From the IMG/VR virus record IMGVR_UViG_3300027708_002747, positions 1 to 64,000 of that record: 64,000 nt of DNA. One strand, 5' to 3'. This DNA comes from a virus. Under the pieces are notes generated by a model. It did no database searches. It was not told where the DNA came from and saw only the letters and a program-made list of their open reading frames with translations. The translations under genes and the position numbers were made by a program. Shown here in pieces: positions 48,294-58,467 of the stretch. Within the stretch, counting starts at the first letter, position 1, and every line of letters starts with the position of its first letter.

Positions 48294-50147
48294 TCAACCT
48301 TTAAGTAGTTTATCCAGTTGATTACCCATTTCTCCTAAGGATTCTTGTACTCGACTTAAATCAATAATGTCATCTTCATTCAACATACCCGAATTTTCTA
48401 AAATAATATTTAAATTTTCTTTGTTTCTTTCATTGTTTTCAGGTACTGTACCACCTTCAGCTGTTGGTGGTGATGGTGATGACGGTGGTGCCGGTGATTC
48501 TCCTCCCATATCTCCCATTCCTCCTAAATCAGGTGGTGCTCCTAATCCACCTCCTGTATCAGTAGACCCTCCTTCAGTAGGTGTTCCTGCCGGTTCCCCT
48601 TCTTTCTTACCATATAACTTATCTAAGTTATCGAATATACCTGTATGAGTAATTACTTCAGCAGTTTTCTTAAGTTCTTCACCTACAGCTCTTTCAATAC
48701 GTTGTTGTTGTAAATCAAGTTTAATCTCATCATCAGAAAATCCAAGAATATGTTTTTTCGCCCATGACATAGATACTGCAGCAACACCACTACCTGGGTC
48801 AGCAACCATATCTTTATACAATAGAATTTTTTCTTTCCAAACATCTATCTTCATCAAATCAGCTTGAGTTGATGGATTTGTTAAACTTAAGTTAAAGTTT
48901 GATATCTCATCTTCAAAACCTAAAATGAATAAATGTATGATTGCAATTTTATTTAATTCAGAAATCATATTCTTTTGAATACGATTGATAGTACGAGCAA
49001 AACGAATATCTTGTAATGATAAGTTCTTACCGTCACCAACAGTTTCTTCAAACCCTAAAAACGCTTTAGGAACACGAAGAGCTGTTAACAATTTCTTTTG
49101 GATATACTCGATGTCGGCAATCTCAGATAAGTTTTGAGCTCCCGGTAATGTCTCTATCGGTGACGCTTGTGCAGTATCTCTAACAGGAACAAAATAATCT
49201 TGGTCAACTGCCATTTGATTAAATCTCATATCGACATTACCTGTCTTATGGTCAACCGTTTGACTTCTCTTAAACTTGTTTGCAAATCTTTGGATATATG
49301 GTTCAACATCTGCGTCATCCATGTTTCCAACGAATACTTTGAATACACGTCTTTCAGGCGCTCTTGATGTTCTATAAATCAACATAGCGTCTTCAGATAA
49401 CAATAATTGTTTCCAAATACGACGTGCTTTTTCTAACATAGAAGTTCCATAAGGTAATCTTCTATCATCACCCAATAATCTAAAGTGAGCGACTTCCCAT
49501 GTGTTAAACTCTAAATCTTTTTGTTTCCATTTGAACTTCAAATGTTTTTTTTCAGGATTGGTTGTTGAATCTGTTGAGTGAGCTCCCATACCCGCTTCCA
49601 ATCTTTCAATCTCAATGATTGGTAATTGCATACATCCTATAATACCTTTTTCAGGGTCTAATTTAAGATACACAAAATTATCACCATACTTACATGTGTT
49701 TCTTGTCCACATAGGTAAGTTAGTATTAATATCCAAAGCGTTATTAAATAAATCACCTAAAATTGATTTAATTCTTGATGACTCAGAATAGATTTGCAAC
49801 ATATAACCATCCTGATTAATTGTTGTTGACTCTTCGGCATAAATGTCTAAAGCCGCACCAATTTCAGGAGTAAATTCCATTGACTCGTAGTCATAAAAAG
49901 ACGATAAACGAGTTGGTTCATAAAAAACCGCTTGTGTGTATAGATTATTTTCAACCCTACCCCATTGGTTCGCTAAATAATAAGTTTGTTGGGCTTGAAG
50001 TTTTTCTCTGTCGAATTCTGACTTGGAAGTTGTTTTTAATAACTCACTTTTATCATATTTGTACGTAGGGTAATCCTGGCCCAATAAAGAATTAGGCCCA
50101 AATGTCTGGGATAACCTCTGCCATACCGTTAGTTTATTTTCACTCAT
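48294..50147 (-). CDS. Portal protein (T4 gp20-like)
   Basis: PEI.AALDIYA.E, EDAMLIYR.SRAPERRVF..FVGN, DYFVP.R, IETLPG.QNL..I.D..Y, ALRVP, DIRF. Confidence 0.95.
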   Translation of the reverse strand: MSENKLTVWQRLSQTFGPNSLLGQDYPTYKYDKSELLKTTSKSEFDREKLQAQQTYYLANQWGRVENNLYTQAVFYEPTRLSSFYDYESMEFTPEIGAALDIYAEESTTINQDGYMLQIYSESSRIKSILGDLFNNALDINTNLPMWTRNTCKYGDNFVYLKLDPEKGIIGCMQLPIIEIERLEAGMGAHSTDSTTNPEKKHLKFKWKQKDLEFNTWEVAHFRLLGDDRRLPYGTSMLEKARRIWKQLLLSEDAMLIYRTSRAPERRVFKVFVGNMDDADVEPYIQRFANKFKRSQTVDHKTGNVDMRFNQMAVDQDYFVPVRDTAQASPIETLPGAQNLSEIADIEYIQKKLLTALRVPKAFLGFEETVGDGKNLSLQDIRFARTINRIQKNMISELNKIAIIHLFILGFEDEISNFNLSLTNPSTQADLMKIDVWKEKILLYKDMVADPGSGVAAVSMSWAKKHILGFSDDEIKLDLQQQRIERAVGEELKKTAEVITHTGIFDNLDKLYGKKEGEPAGTPTEGGSTDTGGGLGAPPDLGGMGDMGGESPAPPSSPSPPTAEGGTVPENNERNKENLNIILENSGMLNEDDIIDLSRVQESLGEMGNQLDKLLKG

Positions 50148-50218
50148 ACTAAAATATAAATACTTTTAAATTAAATTAAAGTTTAATCAAAAATATGATA
50201 CATAGGTTATAGTGGTTT

Positions 50219-51511
50219 TTAGTACCCAAATCTTGTCTTATACAATGCATGTTGTGCTTGTATTTGGGATAACGATAATACACCATTCCAAACTTTAACA
50301 AATCCTATGCTGGCAGTCTGTACTTCACTACCTAATGAACGACTAAATAATCTTAATTGATTAAATCCTCCTCCTCCGGCATTAATTACAGAATATGCAA
50401 AATTACTTGGAGCAATACTTGTTGAAGTATACAGTGTACCTGTATTAGTTCCGGTATCCCAAGTTGCCCAATCTAAATGCCAAACTGTGTCAGCTCCAGA
50501 TGATGGTAAGTTTACAGTAAAGTTTGGATAGAAAGTATTTGGGTTACCATTATAAGCCCCCATTAACCAATCTTTAACCGCCTCATTTTGAGTATTCAGC
50601 AATCTACCAGCAGATGTTACAGATAGTTTATAAGCCATAAATACTGTGTAACTTTGACTAGTAACATAATTTGGGCCTCCATATATAGCATCCGTACCAA
50701 CATTATTTGATTTAACAAAAGTTCCACCATTCGCGCTGTTCCAAGATATACTACTACTAGCGTTAGTCACTGTAACTGAATACGCTCCTGTTCCGGATAC
50801 TGTAGAACCATTAGTTGGCATTGCCGAGTAGTACGCGGCATCTAAATCATAAACTAACGATGGTAGTCTTGTAGGTGTAGGTGTAGTAGTTGGTGTAGGT
50901 GTTTTAGTTGTAGTATTAGTTGGTGTTTGAGTAACCGTTGGAGTTACAGTTTTAGTTGGTGTAATTGAAGGTGTTGGGGTTATTGTTGGTGTAATTGAAG
51001 GTGTTGGGGTTATTGTTGGTGTAATTGAAGGTGTTGGAGTTATAGTGTTAGTAGGAGTTTGAGTAACCGTTGGAGTTACAGTTTTAGTTGGTGTAATTGA
51101 AGGTGTTGGCGTATTAGTTGGAGTAATTGAAGGGGTTGGTGTAATAGTATTAGTCGGAGTTTGAGTGTTAGTTGGAGTTTGAGTGTTAGTTGGAGTTTGA
51201 GTGTTAGTTGGTGTTTGAGTATTAGTCGGAGTTTGGGTATTAGTTTGGGTAGGTGTCGGAGTTTGAGTATTAGTTTGGGTAGGTGTTATAGTATTAGTTG
51301 GTGTTACAGTTGGGGTAGGTGTTGTAGATGGTATTGGTGTTGGGGTAGGTGTGGGTGATAAAGGTGGACCAGGTCCATCATTTGGTGTTTTAAAAATATT
51401 GTTAAAACCATTACTTTTATTTCTTAAAACACCAGAATTACCCTGACCATCGACAACCAGTCTTGAACCTGTGAATAAATTACCCGATTTTTTTCTATCT
51501 CCTGTTCCCAT
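50219..51511 (-). CDS. Mucin-like Thr/Pro repeat protein with C-terminal LamG-like domain
   Basis: About 160 aa of [12 protein letters not shown] repeats, then LVYDLDA...[14 protein letters not shown]......RFG. Confidence 0.75.
   Translation of the reverse strand: MGTGDRKKSGNLFTGSRLVVDGQGNSGVLRNKSNGFNNIFKTPNDGPGPPLSPTPTPTPIPSTTPTPTVTPTNTITPTQTNTQTPTPTQTNTQTPTNTQTPTNTQTPTNTQTPTNTQTPTNTITPTPSITPTNTPTPSITPTKTVTPTVTQTPTNTITPTPSITPTITPTPSITPTITPTPSITPTKTVTPTVTQTPTNTTTKTPTPTTTPTPTRLPSLVYDLDAAYYSAMPTNGSTVSGTGAYSVTVTNASSSISWNSANGGTFVKSNNVGTDAIYGGPNYVTSQSYTVFMAYKLSVTSAGRLLNTQNEAVKDWLMGAYNGNPNTFYPNFTVNLPSSGADTVWHLDWATWDTGTNTGTLYTSTSIAPSNFAYSVINAGGGGFNQLRLFSRSLGSEVQTASIGFVKVWNGVLSLSQIQAQHALYKTRFGY
50875..51360 (-). 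repeat. Coding tandem repeats (18/24-bp units; [20 protein letters not shown])
   Basis: Repeated gttggagtttgagtgtta and ggtgtaattgaaggtgttgg units. Confidence 0.9.
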
Positions 51512-51517
51512 ATAATA

Positions 51518-53263
51518 TTATCTTCGTCCCCCGAATAACCATAAATAGTTTTCGTAGTCACTTTTAGTCGCTTCTCGTTTAAAGTTTTCTTGTTGATGTG
51601 AAATTACTGGGTCTGTAAATTGTCTTCTGTTAAATTCATTTGTATTAACAGTCCACGAATCAATCATCGCCTTTGTTTGATTTGTTACCTTATTCAGAGA
51701 TGAAAATGATGTTTCACCAACATAAAGAGCCATGGCAACTGACATAATCAAGTCATCATGTTGTCCCTTTTGGTGGTCAGGTCGTCCATTCACATAAATA
51801 AATGTGTTCATTTCATTTAACAACCTACTTGAATTTATTCTAAATCCATGTCTTAAATATTCTTCAAATGTTGCAATAATTTGAACTCTTTTAGCATTAA
51901 AGTTAATTCCCGGTATTTTTTCTGTTGCCTTTGGGTCGTATTGCCACTTATTTGAAATATCAACTCCATCAACATACACATTTCTATATCCCAACTCTCT
52001 CAATCGTAAAGATGTTGTAACTCCCATACCACCAGTAATATCCACAACAATAAATGCGTTATACATATTACCCCATTTATAACATATTTCAGCCAAAGTG
52101 TCAGGAGGAAGTTTACCAACATACTCAGCGACCTGTTCTCTTGTATCAAAATCAACAATTTGAAATGTTGAGAAGTCCTCACTGTCACCACGAGATACGT
52201 CAACACCCATAATATATTTTTTACCTATTTCAGGTTCTTTCCAAATCCATAGTCCACCACCCATCATCTTTGTAGGCGGCTCCTTAACCATATTTACTCT
52301 TAAATCTTCTAACATATCAGAATTAAATACATTATCCCCCGAACCAAGAAACGCACATTCCAACTCCTGATTAACCTTACGTTTATCGTATTTAAGTTTC
52401 TTTACCATTGATTCATACCAAGAAGAACTTGGTTTGTACCCCTGAGAAATTAATTCTTTTATTTCATCAAAGTTTTTTTCCTTATTGTTATATTCAATAA
52501 TTTCAACATTTGGGTATTCATTACGATTTAAATAATAATGAATAACATCTTTAACGTTGATTAATGATAAATCTTTAGCATATCTTGGGTCTTTCCACCA
52601 AACCATTGGGGAAATTTTAAATTCATTCATTCCCTTTAACGCTTGGTCGTAAATTTCATAATAGATTGCGTCATATCCGTTTGGTGTTGATACAACTATC
52701 ACCTTACCACCTGTTGATAAGGATGCCATACAAGCCGCCCAAAAATCACTATCGGCCTCAATGTACGCAGCCTCATCAAATATTAATATTGTGGGGGTAT
52801 AACCACGAAGAGCATCCTTAGATGTTGCAACCGCCTTAACTTCACATCCATTTGTTAATTTAAAATGTCTTTGTGAGTTTTTTTCAGATGAAAAACCAAC
52901 ACCAACCCAACTAGGCCATTGGTCGGTAAATCCTCTAATCTTATTTGCAACTTCAACCGCAGTATCCAACTTATTTGCAATAATCAAAACTTTTTCAGGA
53001 CTATTCTTTTTAGCAAAAACAAGTTTTTTTGATGACCAAGCGGCAGTTACCGTAGATACACCAGCTTGTCTATACTTTAATGCAATATTTTCATTATAAT
53101 TTTCGTAATCCTCAACCAAACTAATTTGGTCAGGGAATAACTCTAACGGGACATACTTTGAAACAGTGTTGTCATATGTCTGTAAATAAGTTTTAAGGGC
53201 GTATGGTGTTGATTTCATACACTTGGCATACTCCATTAAAACGGCTTCTCTAGATAAACTCAT
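51518..53263 (-). CDS. Terminase large subunit (T4 gp17-like)
   Basis: KYRQAGVST (Walker A), LIFDEAA (Walker B), STPNG, QELECAF, GVDVSRG, HDDLIM. Confidence 0.95.
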   Translation of the reverse strand: MSLSREAVLMEYAKCMKSTPYALKTYLQTYDNTVSKYVPLELFPDQISLVEDYENYNENIALKYRQAGVSTVTAAWSSKKLVFAKKNSPEKVLIIANKLDTAVEVANKIRGFTDQWPSWVGVGFSSEKNSQRHFKLTNGCEVKAVATSKDALRGYTPTILIFDEAAYIEADSDFWAACMASLSTGGKVIVVSTPNGYDAIYYEIYDQALKGMNEFKISPMVWWKDPRYAKDLSLINVKDVIHYYLNRNEYPNVEIIEYNNKEKNFDEIKELISQGYKPSSSWYESMVKKLKYDKRKVNQELECAFLGSGDNVFNSDMLEDLRVNMVKEPPTKMMGGGLWIWKEPEIGKKYIMGVDVSRGDSEDFSTFQIVDFDTREQVAEYVGKLPPDTLAEICYKWGNMYNAFIVVDITGGMGVTTSLRLRELGYRNVYVDGVDISNKWQYDPKATEKIPGINFNAKRVQIIATFEEYLRHGFRINSSRLLNEMNTFIYVNGRPDHQKGQHDDLIMSVAMALYVGETSFSSLNKVTNQTKAMIDSWTVNTNEFNRRQFTDPVISHQQENFKREATKSDYENYLWLFGGRR

Positions 53264-53295
53264 ATACTATAAATATAAAATTTATATAAAAATAG

Positions 53296-53321
53296 AAAAC
53301 CCTTCATCTCTGAAGGGTTTT
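53296..53321 (-). terminator. Intrinsic terminator
   Basis: AAAACCCTTCA-tctc-TGAAGGGTTTT; the loop reads GAGA on the minus strand. Confidence 0.8.
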
Positions 53322-53328
53322 AAAGTTT

Positions 53329-54636
53329 TTAGTTGATACCTAATCCTTTTAAAAAGTCATCAAAATCCTCATCATCATCGTCGTCATCATCATCCTCATA
53401 TTTTTTCATAGTATCTTCATACTCATATCCTTTTAGTTCTTCAACAATTTCATCAACCATGTCTTTCACCATTTTCTTTCCTTTTGGTGAACCTGATAAA
53501 ATTTCACGAGCCATCGCAAAAAATTCGTTTGGAGTAAGTTCAGCAAACTTAACAAGGAAATATTGTTGTAAGTTTCTCTTATCGTCATCAAATAACTCAT
53601 CAGGATAAGACTCACGGAACTTTTGCCAAATAACTGGACCTAATCTCATATCCCAAATTTCACCGACAACAGTATCTTGTGAGTTAATCACCGCCTCTTG
53701 TCTTGTCTTATCTTTTGGTAATCCGTATGTTCCCGCAATTTCCATAACACCTTTAGCAAGTTCATGAATAAGGATTGGTAAGTTAACACCACGAGCCTTT
53801 ACTGTTGGTGGGTCAGTCTTAGCATCCAATTCAGACATACCAAAAGTAGATTCTCCATCACCCGCCATACCTTGAACCATTGAGTCAGGCATTAACCAAT
53901 AAAGTGAATCCGCAAATGACATAAACACACCATACAAATTTAATAACCTTGGGTTAATAGCATTTAACTCTCTGTTTAATAATTCAAACATATAAGAAGA
54001 TTGTTTAGCAGCACCTTGAATAAGTGAGTTAATAAATCTTCTTTTAGCCTTCTCTAAATCAAATTGTTCAAATGAGTCCATGAAATCTTCAAGTTGTTCT
54101 TGTTCTTCTTCAGAACCAAACATATTTTCAATTTCTTCTTCACTTGGTTCCTCACCTTTAGGTGATAACTTACTTGAATCAATGTCATTTGGTTTAACCA
54201 ACTTTACATCATATTGTAAAGCTCCTTCAGGAATTGCAAATTCTTTTTGAACAACTTCAATTGCAAGTTCTTCCAAATATTCTTTATTTTCAGATTCAAT
54301 TTGAGCAATTTCTCGCATTGCGTTCATCACCATCATTTGAAGTTGCATCATCGAATTTTCTGATGTAACATCTTGAAGACCTGTATATCTTTTTAATCTG
54401 TTGATAACCTCTTTAAATCTTTGTGATGCAATAAGTTGCTCAAAGTTAGATGGTTTATCGGGACCTTCAGGTGTAATTTCAGGAAATGCTTTACTACCTG
54501 AATGAGGAGTTTCACCTTTTTCAAATTTAGATTGAATATCAGGAGCCATTCTTTCAGGACCTTCGTACCCAATAGGAGCCTCATTAATTCGGCTAATCAA
54601 TCTTTTAACTAATTGTTCTTTTTTCATCTTACTCAC
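53329..54636 (-). CDS. Hypothetical helical protein with PILIHELAKG motif and acidic tail
   Basis: KRRFINSLIQG, HELAKG, E.WDMRLGP; N-terminal LISRINEA. Confidence 0.65.
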   Translation of the reverse strand: MSKMKKEQLVKRLISRINEAPIGYEGPERMAPDIQSKFEKGETPHSGSKAFPEITPEGPDKPSNFEQLIASQRFKEVINRLKRYTGLQDVTSENSMMQLQMMVMNAMREIAQIESENKEYLEELAIEVVQKEFAIPEGALQYDVKLVKPNDIDSSKLSPKGEEPSEEEIENMFGSEEEQEQLEDFMDSFEQFDLEKAKRRFINSLIQGAAKQSSYMFELLNRELNAINPRLLNLYGVFMSFADSLYWLMPDSMVQGMAGDGESTFGMSELDAKTDPPTVKARGVNLPILIHELAKGVMEIAGTYGLPKDKTRQEAVINSQDTVVGEIWDMRLGPVIWQKFRESYPDELFDDDKRNLQQYFLVKFAELTPNEFFAMAREILSGSPKGKKMVKDMVDEIVEELKGYEYEDTMKKYEDDDDDDDDEDFDDFLKGLGIN

Positions 54637-55522
54637 CTTTTAATTTAATATTCATTTTACCAAAACTTAAATATTTTGGTAATTCACCTTTTGGTCTTGG
54701 GTCTGTGTTAGGAGCTGGTTGGTAAGGATTTTTTCTAGGAGTTATTGTTGTCCTTTCCTTTTCTTTAGTTTTTTCCTTTTCCTTAGTTCCTGAACCTTTT
54801 GGTCTTGGTTCAGTATTAGGAGCTGGTTGATAAGGATTTTTTCTAGTTGGAGTTGTCGTTCTTTCCTTTTCTTTAGTTCTTTCCTTTTCTTTTGTTCCTG
54901 AAGATTCTTTCATTTCGGTCATTTCAGAGGATTCTTTAGTCATTTTTTTTCTCATTAAATTCATTAAATCTTTTTTAGTAATTGCTGGTCTTATGTTAGC
55001 TTCAACAATCTCTCTCATTTTTTGTTCCAAAATTACTTCATATGGATTTTTACCTTCTTTTAATGACTTTTTGACATCAAGAACACATCTTTCAAATTTC
55101 TTATCTTCACCTTTAGTGTAATCATCTTTCTTTTTACCATTTAAACCTAATGATGATGTACAGATTGCCCAAGGATTTTTTTCAACTTTTTTCTTTGGTT
55201 TTTTATTTTCTTCCATTGGGGTTGCGGTAACCGTATTATCAGTATTTTTCTTTATTGAATACCCTTTATCGTTTGCGGGAACTACTCCACCTTTGTCTCC
55301 AATCTTATATGATGGTTTTCCAGGTACTGGCGTAACTTGTTCTTTAGATTCAGTTTTTTTAACTGAAGCCATTCTACCAATAGGTTTATCCATTCCAACA
55401 AACCCTTGAGCATTTACCATACCCTCATGTAAGTTTTTAATTTCTCTTAATGTCATCTTTGATAGAGTGCTTTTACTAACACCCATCTTAAGAATTTCTT
55501 GGATTTGTTTTTCTGTTACCAT
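54629..55522 (-). CDS. Basic protein with NPWAIC motif and a duplicated 36-aa unit
   Basis: Start taken at MVTEKQ; KNPWAICTSSLG. Confidence 0.6.
   Translation of the reverse strand: MVTEKQIQEILKMGVSKSTLSKMTLREIKNLHEGMVNAQGFVGMDKPIGRMASVKKTESKEQVTPVPGKPSYKIGDKGGVVPANDKGYSIKKNTDNTVTATPMEENKKPKKKVEKNPWAICTSSLGLNGKKKDDYTKGEDKKFERCVLDVKKSLKEGKNPYEVILEQKMREIVEANIRPAITKKDLMNLMRKKMTKESSEMTEMKESSGTKEKERTKEKERTTTPTRKNPYQPAPNTEPRPKGSGTKEKEKTKEKERTTITPRKNPYQPAPNTDPRPKGELPKYLSFGKMNIKLKGE
54686..54902 (-). repeat. Two ~108-bp imperfect direct repeats (SGTKEKE.TKEKERTT..(T/P)RKNPYQPAPNT.PRPKG)
   Basis: Visible in both DNA and protein. Confidence 0.85.
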
Positions 55523-55907
55523 TTTCTTCAAATTCTTTATAATACTCAAGGATTATATCCTTTTCGTATAGTTTATCTTTAACTTGTTGTTCACTCATTC
55601 CAAAGTGAAACACTAATCTATTATCTATATCACTATCTTTTTCCCAACCTAACGCAACAACATTATCAATTGCGTCTTTCATACAAAAAAAATCGGAGTT
55701 TTGAACGAGCTCCATATCTATTCCGTCTCTATTCAATACTCCTACTTTTTTAATTTCTTCAGTGTCAGGTGGTGTTGGGTTTCCATTTGCAGGATTTGTG
55801 TCCCAATCATCACCAAATACATCAGTGGTTTCTGAGAAAATAAACTCGTAAGTTTTATTCCCTCTATAATTTGCCCCTAGTCCGTTAATAAAAACTAAAT
55901 AACTCAT
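55488..55907 (-). CDS. Hypothetical protein
   Basis: Coupled ORF; YEFIFS, F.M.DA.D.V.ALGWE, LVFHFG segments. Confidence 0.65.
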   Translation of the reverse strand: MSYLVFINGLGANYRGNKTYEFIFSETTDVFGDDWDTNPANGNPTPPDTEEIKKVGVLNRDGIDMELVQNSDFFCMKDAIDNVVALGWEKDSDIDNRLVFHFGMSEQQVKDKLYEKDIILEYYKEFEENGNRKTNPRNS

Positions 55908-57133
55908 AGGATATTACCTTGTGGAGATACCTTAAGTTGTTTGTTATTATTTTCAAAAACTAAATTACCTTTATTTGTTTTACCAACAAAAGTTATAAAT
56001 GGGAAATTATTAACAATCTTTTTTGATATCTCAGATTGGGATTCAGTTAAAGATAATCTTTCAATTTCTTTATTGTATTTTGCCTTTCTTGATTCAGAAA
56101 TAATTTTTTGTTCTTTCTTTTTTTCATTAACAAACTTCTTTTCATTTTCGTTAACTACAACATATTTCTTTAAAATTTTGTCAACTTGAGATTCTCCAAA
56201 AACTTTAGAGAACATTCCGTCTAAATAATCTGCTTCACCCATTTCCTCAGGTTTTGGCTCTTCTTCAGTTGAAGTTTCTTCTGAATCAACATTAAATTCA
56301 TCACTTTCTTCATCTTCTGAACCCATATCTTCCATTCCGTAATTAGATTCTTCTTCACTATCAAATCTTGTTAAGATTTCTTCTTTATCTTCTTCATCTA
56401 ATGAATTTAAATCTAAAGAAGATAATATAGAATTAATAACATATTTTACATCTTTACTTGATAATTCTTCTTCATTACCCGAATAATCTCTAATTTTTTG
56501 AGCCAACTTACCAGTTAACTTTTGGATAGATTTAAATGTAACGGGTTCACCACCTTCTGAAGGTTCTCCACCCATATCTTCCATATCAGTATCCATTTCT
56601 TCACCTTCAGGTGATGTTGGCATTTCATCTGATGACGGTCCCATATCTAAAGATGTGTCCTCAGGTGCAGGAGCCGGTGATGGCTCAGGTGATGGTGATG
56701 GAGCCGGTGGTGGTAAATCTGAAGGAGCTTCAGTCGGAGCTTCAACCTTAGGTTGAGGTGTTTTCAACATATACTTTTTATCTTCAGTGAATAAAGATAT
56801 ACCTTCGCTAATACCATTGACTCTATTAATTTCACCAGCCATTAAATTTAATTTTCTCATTGCCGATGAATATGACGAAAAATGTTTTCTATTTTTAATA
56901 TTGTCAATATATTCAGATGTTGATTCATTAATTGATTTCTTAATGATGTAACCCAATCTTTCTTTAACAATTGCATATGTGTTACCATCTGCTAAAGTTA
57001 TTTTATAATCAACAGAGGATGTTTCATTTATAGAATTTGGAATTACTTCTTTATACTTAGCAATCTCCATGATTCTTTGTAATTTTTCATTTCCTTGTAG
57101 TTTTTCACTACCTATTGGTTTTAATTTACTCAT
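55904..57133 (-). CDS. Hypothetical acidic/Pro-rich protein, probably prohead-associated
   Basis: Multiple INE/LTE sites and long acidic linkers; IQKLTGKLAQKIR. Confidence 0.6.
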   Translation of the reverse strand: MSKLKPIGSEKLQGNEKLQRIMEIAKYKEVIPNSINETSSVDYKITLADGNTYAIVKERLGYIIKKSINESTSEYIDNIKNRKHFSSYSSAMRKLNLMAGEINRVNGISEGISLFTEDKKYMLKTPQPKVEAPTEAPSDLPPPAPSPSPEPSPAPAPEDTSLDMGPSSDEMPTSPEGEEMDTDMEDMGGEPSEGGEPVTFKSIQKLTGKLAQKIRDYSGNEEELSSKDVKYVINSILSSLDLNSLDEEDKEEILTRFDSEEESNYGMEDMGSEDEESDEFNVDSEETSTEEEPKPEEMGEADYLDGMFSKVFGESQVDKILKKYVVVNENEKKFVNEKKKEQKIISESRKAKYNKEIERLSLTESQSEISKKIVNNFPFITFVGKTNKGNLVFENNNKQLKVSPQGNIL

Positions 57134-57138
57134 TTTTT

Positions 57139-57324
57139 TTAATTATTTAATCCGTTAAATCCGCCAAGGGTTATTGCATTTAATTGAACAACAGTATCTG
57201 CAGAACTTGCCATACCATTATAAATTGGGTGGGGTTGAATTGCTGAGACACAACCCTCGCAGTTTGTTGCTCCAGTGAAATTAATTAACTTATACGTATA
57301 AGTTCCAGACGAAAATACTGCCAT
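57139..57324 (-). CDS. Small putative virion protein
   Basis: ATAAATA at 57339-57345; FTGAT, CxxC, PHP, VVQLNAITLGG.NGLN. Confidence 0.55.
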   Translation of the reverse strand: MAVFSSGTYTYKLINFTGATNCEGCVSAIQPHPIYNGMASSADTVVQLNAITLGGFNGLNN

Positions 57325-57354
57325 ATTATTTTTTCTTTATAAATATACAGAAAA

Positions 57355-58116
57355 TTAGGATTTTTTTAGATTAAGTAAAAAATCTACGTTTTGTTCCATT
57401 AAAGATAGCTCTTTATCTAAAAGATTATTTTCTAAATTAAATAATTTCTCTAAATAATCACTTCTTCTTAAGTATTTAAACACCAAATTCTCGTAAGAAT
57501 ATTCACCTTCTTTCTTAAGACCTGAACTACGATATTTTTTAAGTTTTTCTTTAAACTTTTTAATATATTCTCTTGCTTCGTCAATATCTTTTTCAGTTGC
57601 GTTATCTACAACAGTATCAATTTGACTTTTCCAATGATTAATTTTTGATTTAAGAATTTTTGTATCAATGTTTGAATCTTCTTTTTCAGGTTTTACATCC
57701 CATTCATCATATAGAACTGAATAAACTCCTGAACTAAAATGTGCTTCAGTCTCGTTTTGAACATATAACTCAACTTCATATCCAAAGATTTTAATATCGT
57801 GATTGGTATTAAAAATAGTTTTTTTAACTTTAAACAACTCTTCGTAAAGTGATAGTTCAGTGTCTGAGAATTGAATAAAATCACAAACAACGTGAAGGTC
57901 AATATCAGAATACTCTGACCAATTATAATTGGCTAAAGAACCTGTGAAAATAACGTCCTCAATTAATAAAGGAACTCCAATAAAATCAATAAATTCATTA
58001 GCAGTTTGAAGTAGTTTTTCCCTAACTTCTTTTCTCAATTGCATATTCTCATCCCAAATTTTTGAGTTGAGCTCATCCTTAGAGAAAAAACTTTTGATTA
58101 TATTATTATCTTTCAC
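57355..58116 (-). CDS. Pol-beta superfamily nucleotidyltransferase
   Basis: FTGSLANYNWSEYSDIDLHVV (GS...DxD) and VELYVQ (third acidic residue). Confidence 0.75.
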   Translation of the reverse strand: MKDNNIIKSFFSKDELNSKIWDENMQLRKEVREKLLQTANEFIDFIGVPLLIEDVIFTGSLANYNWSEYSDIDLHVVCDFIQFSDTELSLYEELFKVKKTIFNTNHDIKIFGYEVELYVQNETEAHFSSGVYSVLYDEWDVKPEKEDSNIDTKILKSKINHWKSQIDTVVDNATEKDIDEAREYIKKFKEKLKKYRSSGLKKEGEYSYENLVFKYLRRSDYLEKLFNLENNLLDKELSLMEQNVDFLLNLKKS

Positions 58117-58136
58117 AAATAATAAATATCAACTAA

Positions 58137-58379
58137 TTACAATCTTTTATACTTATAAACTTTTGCAATGTTTTTATTAAAAAAACTTCCTTGTGATTCA
58201 GCCATTCTAAATCTTGTATACACCTCGTGTGGAACTCCCTCATATTCATACTGAATACCTGTTTTAAAATCAACAATTAGTTTTTTACTCTCTGTATTGA
58301 AATCAGTTTTACTGATGTTTGATGATTCAATTTCACAAATAATGTTTGTTCCACTGATTGTTTCTTTTTTAATTGCCAT
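58137..58379 (-). CDS. KTSC-domain protein
   Basis: ESSNI...F......L.VDFKTG..YEY.GVP..VY..F..AESQGSFFNKNI. Confidence 0.9.
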   Translation of the reverse strand: MAIKKETISGTNIICEIESSNISKTDFNTESKKLIVDFKTGIQYEYEGVPHEVYTRFRMAESQGSFFNKNIAKVYKYKRL

Positions 58380-58411
58380 AACTTTTTTTTTAATGATAAA
58401 TAATTTTGAAT

Positions 58412-58419
58412 TACATTTG
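58412..58419 (+). promoter_or_regulatory. Bacteroidota-type -7 element (TACATTTG)
   Basis: Matches TAnnTTTG upstream of clpC; no clear -33 element. Confidence 0.45.
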
Positions 58420-58467
58420 TAGTTGAATTTAAGAACAAATTCATTTAATTTTAATAAAAACTATTTT

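Noticed and set aside
48367-48648. Pro/Gly-rich plus-strand ORF
   Set aside because: Antisense to the low-complexity portal C-terminus.
51161-51358. SVSWSL-repeat ORF
   Set aside because: Antisense reading of the TPTNTQ repeat.
50875-51360. Possible CRISPR array
   Set aside because: Repeats are contiguous, in frame, vary at wobble positions and have no unique spacers; no cas genes in the window.
42461-53263. Introns or inteins in MCP, portal or terminase
   Set aside because: Reading frames are continuous, and no intein splice-junction or LAGLIDADG motifs were seen; the HNH gene is free-standing.
58423-58467. Upstream TTG start for clpC (and similar extended starts at 14484, 20658, 21376, 25040, 32545, 35583)
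   Set aside because: The extensions overlap promoters or upstream genes; downstream ATGs give typical coupling and domain starts.
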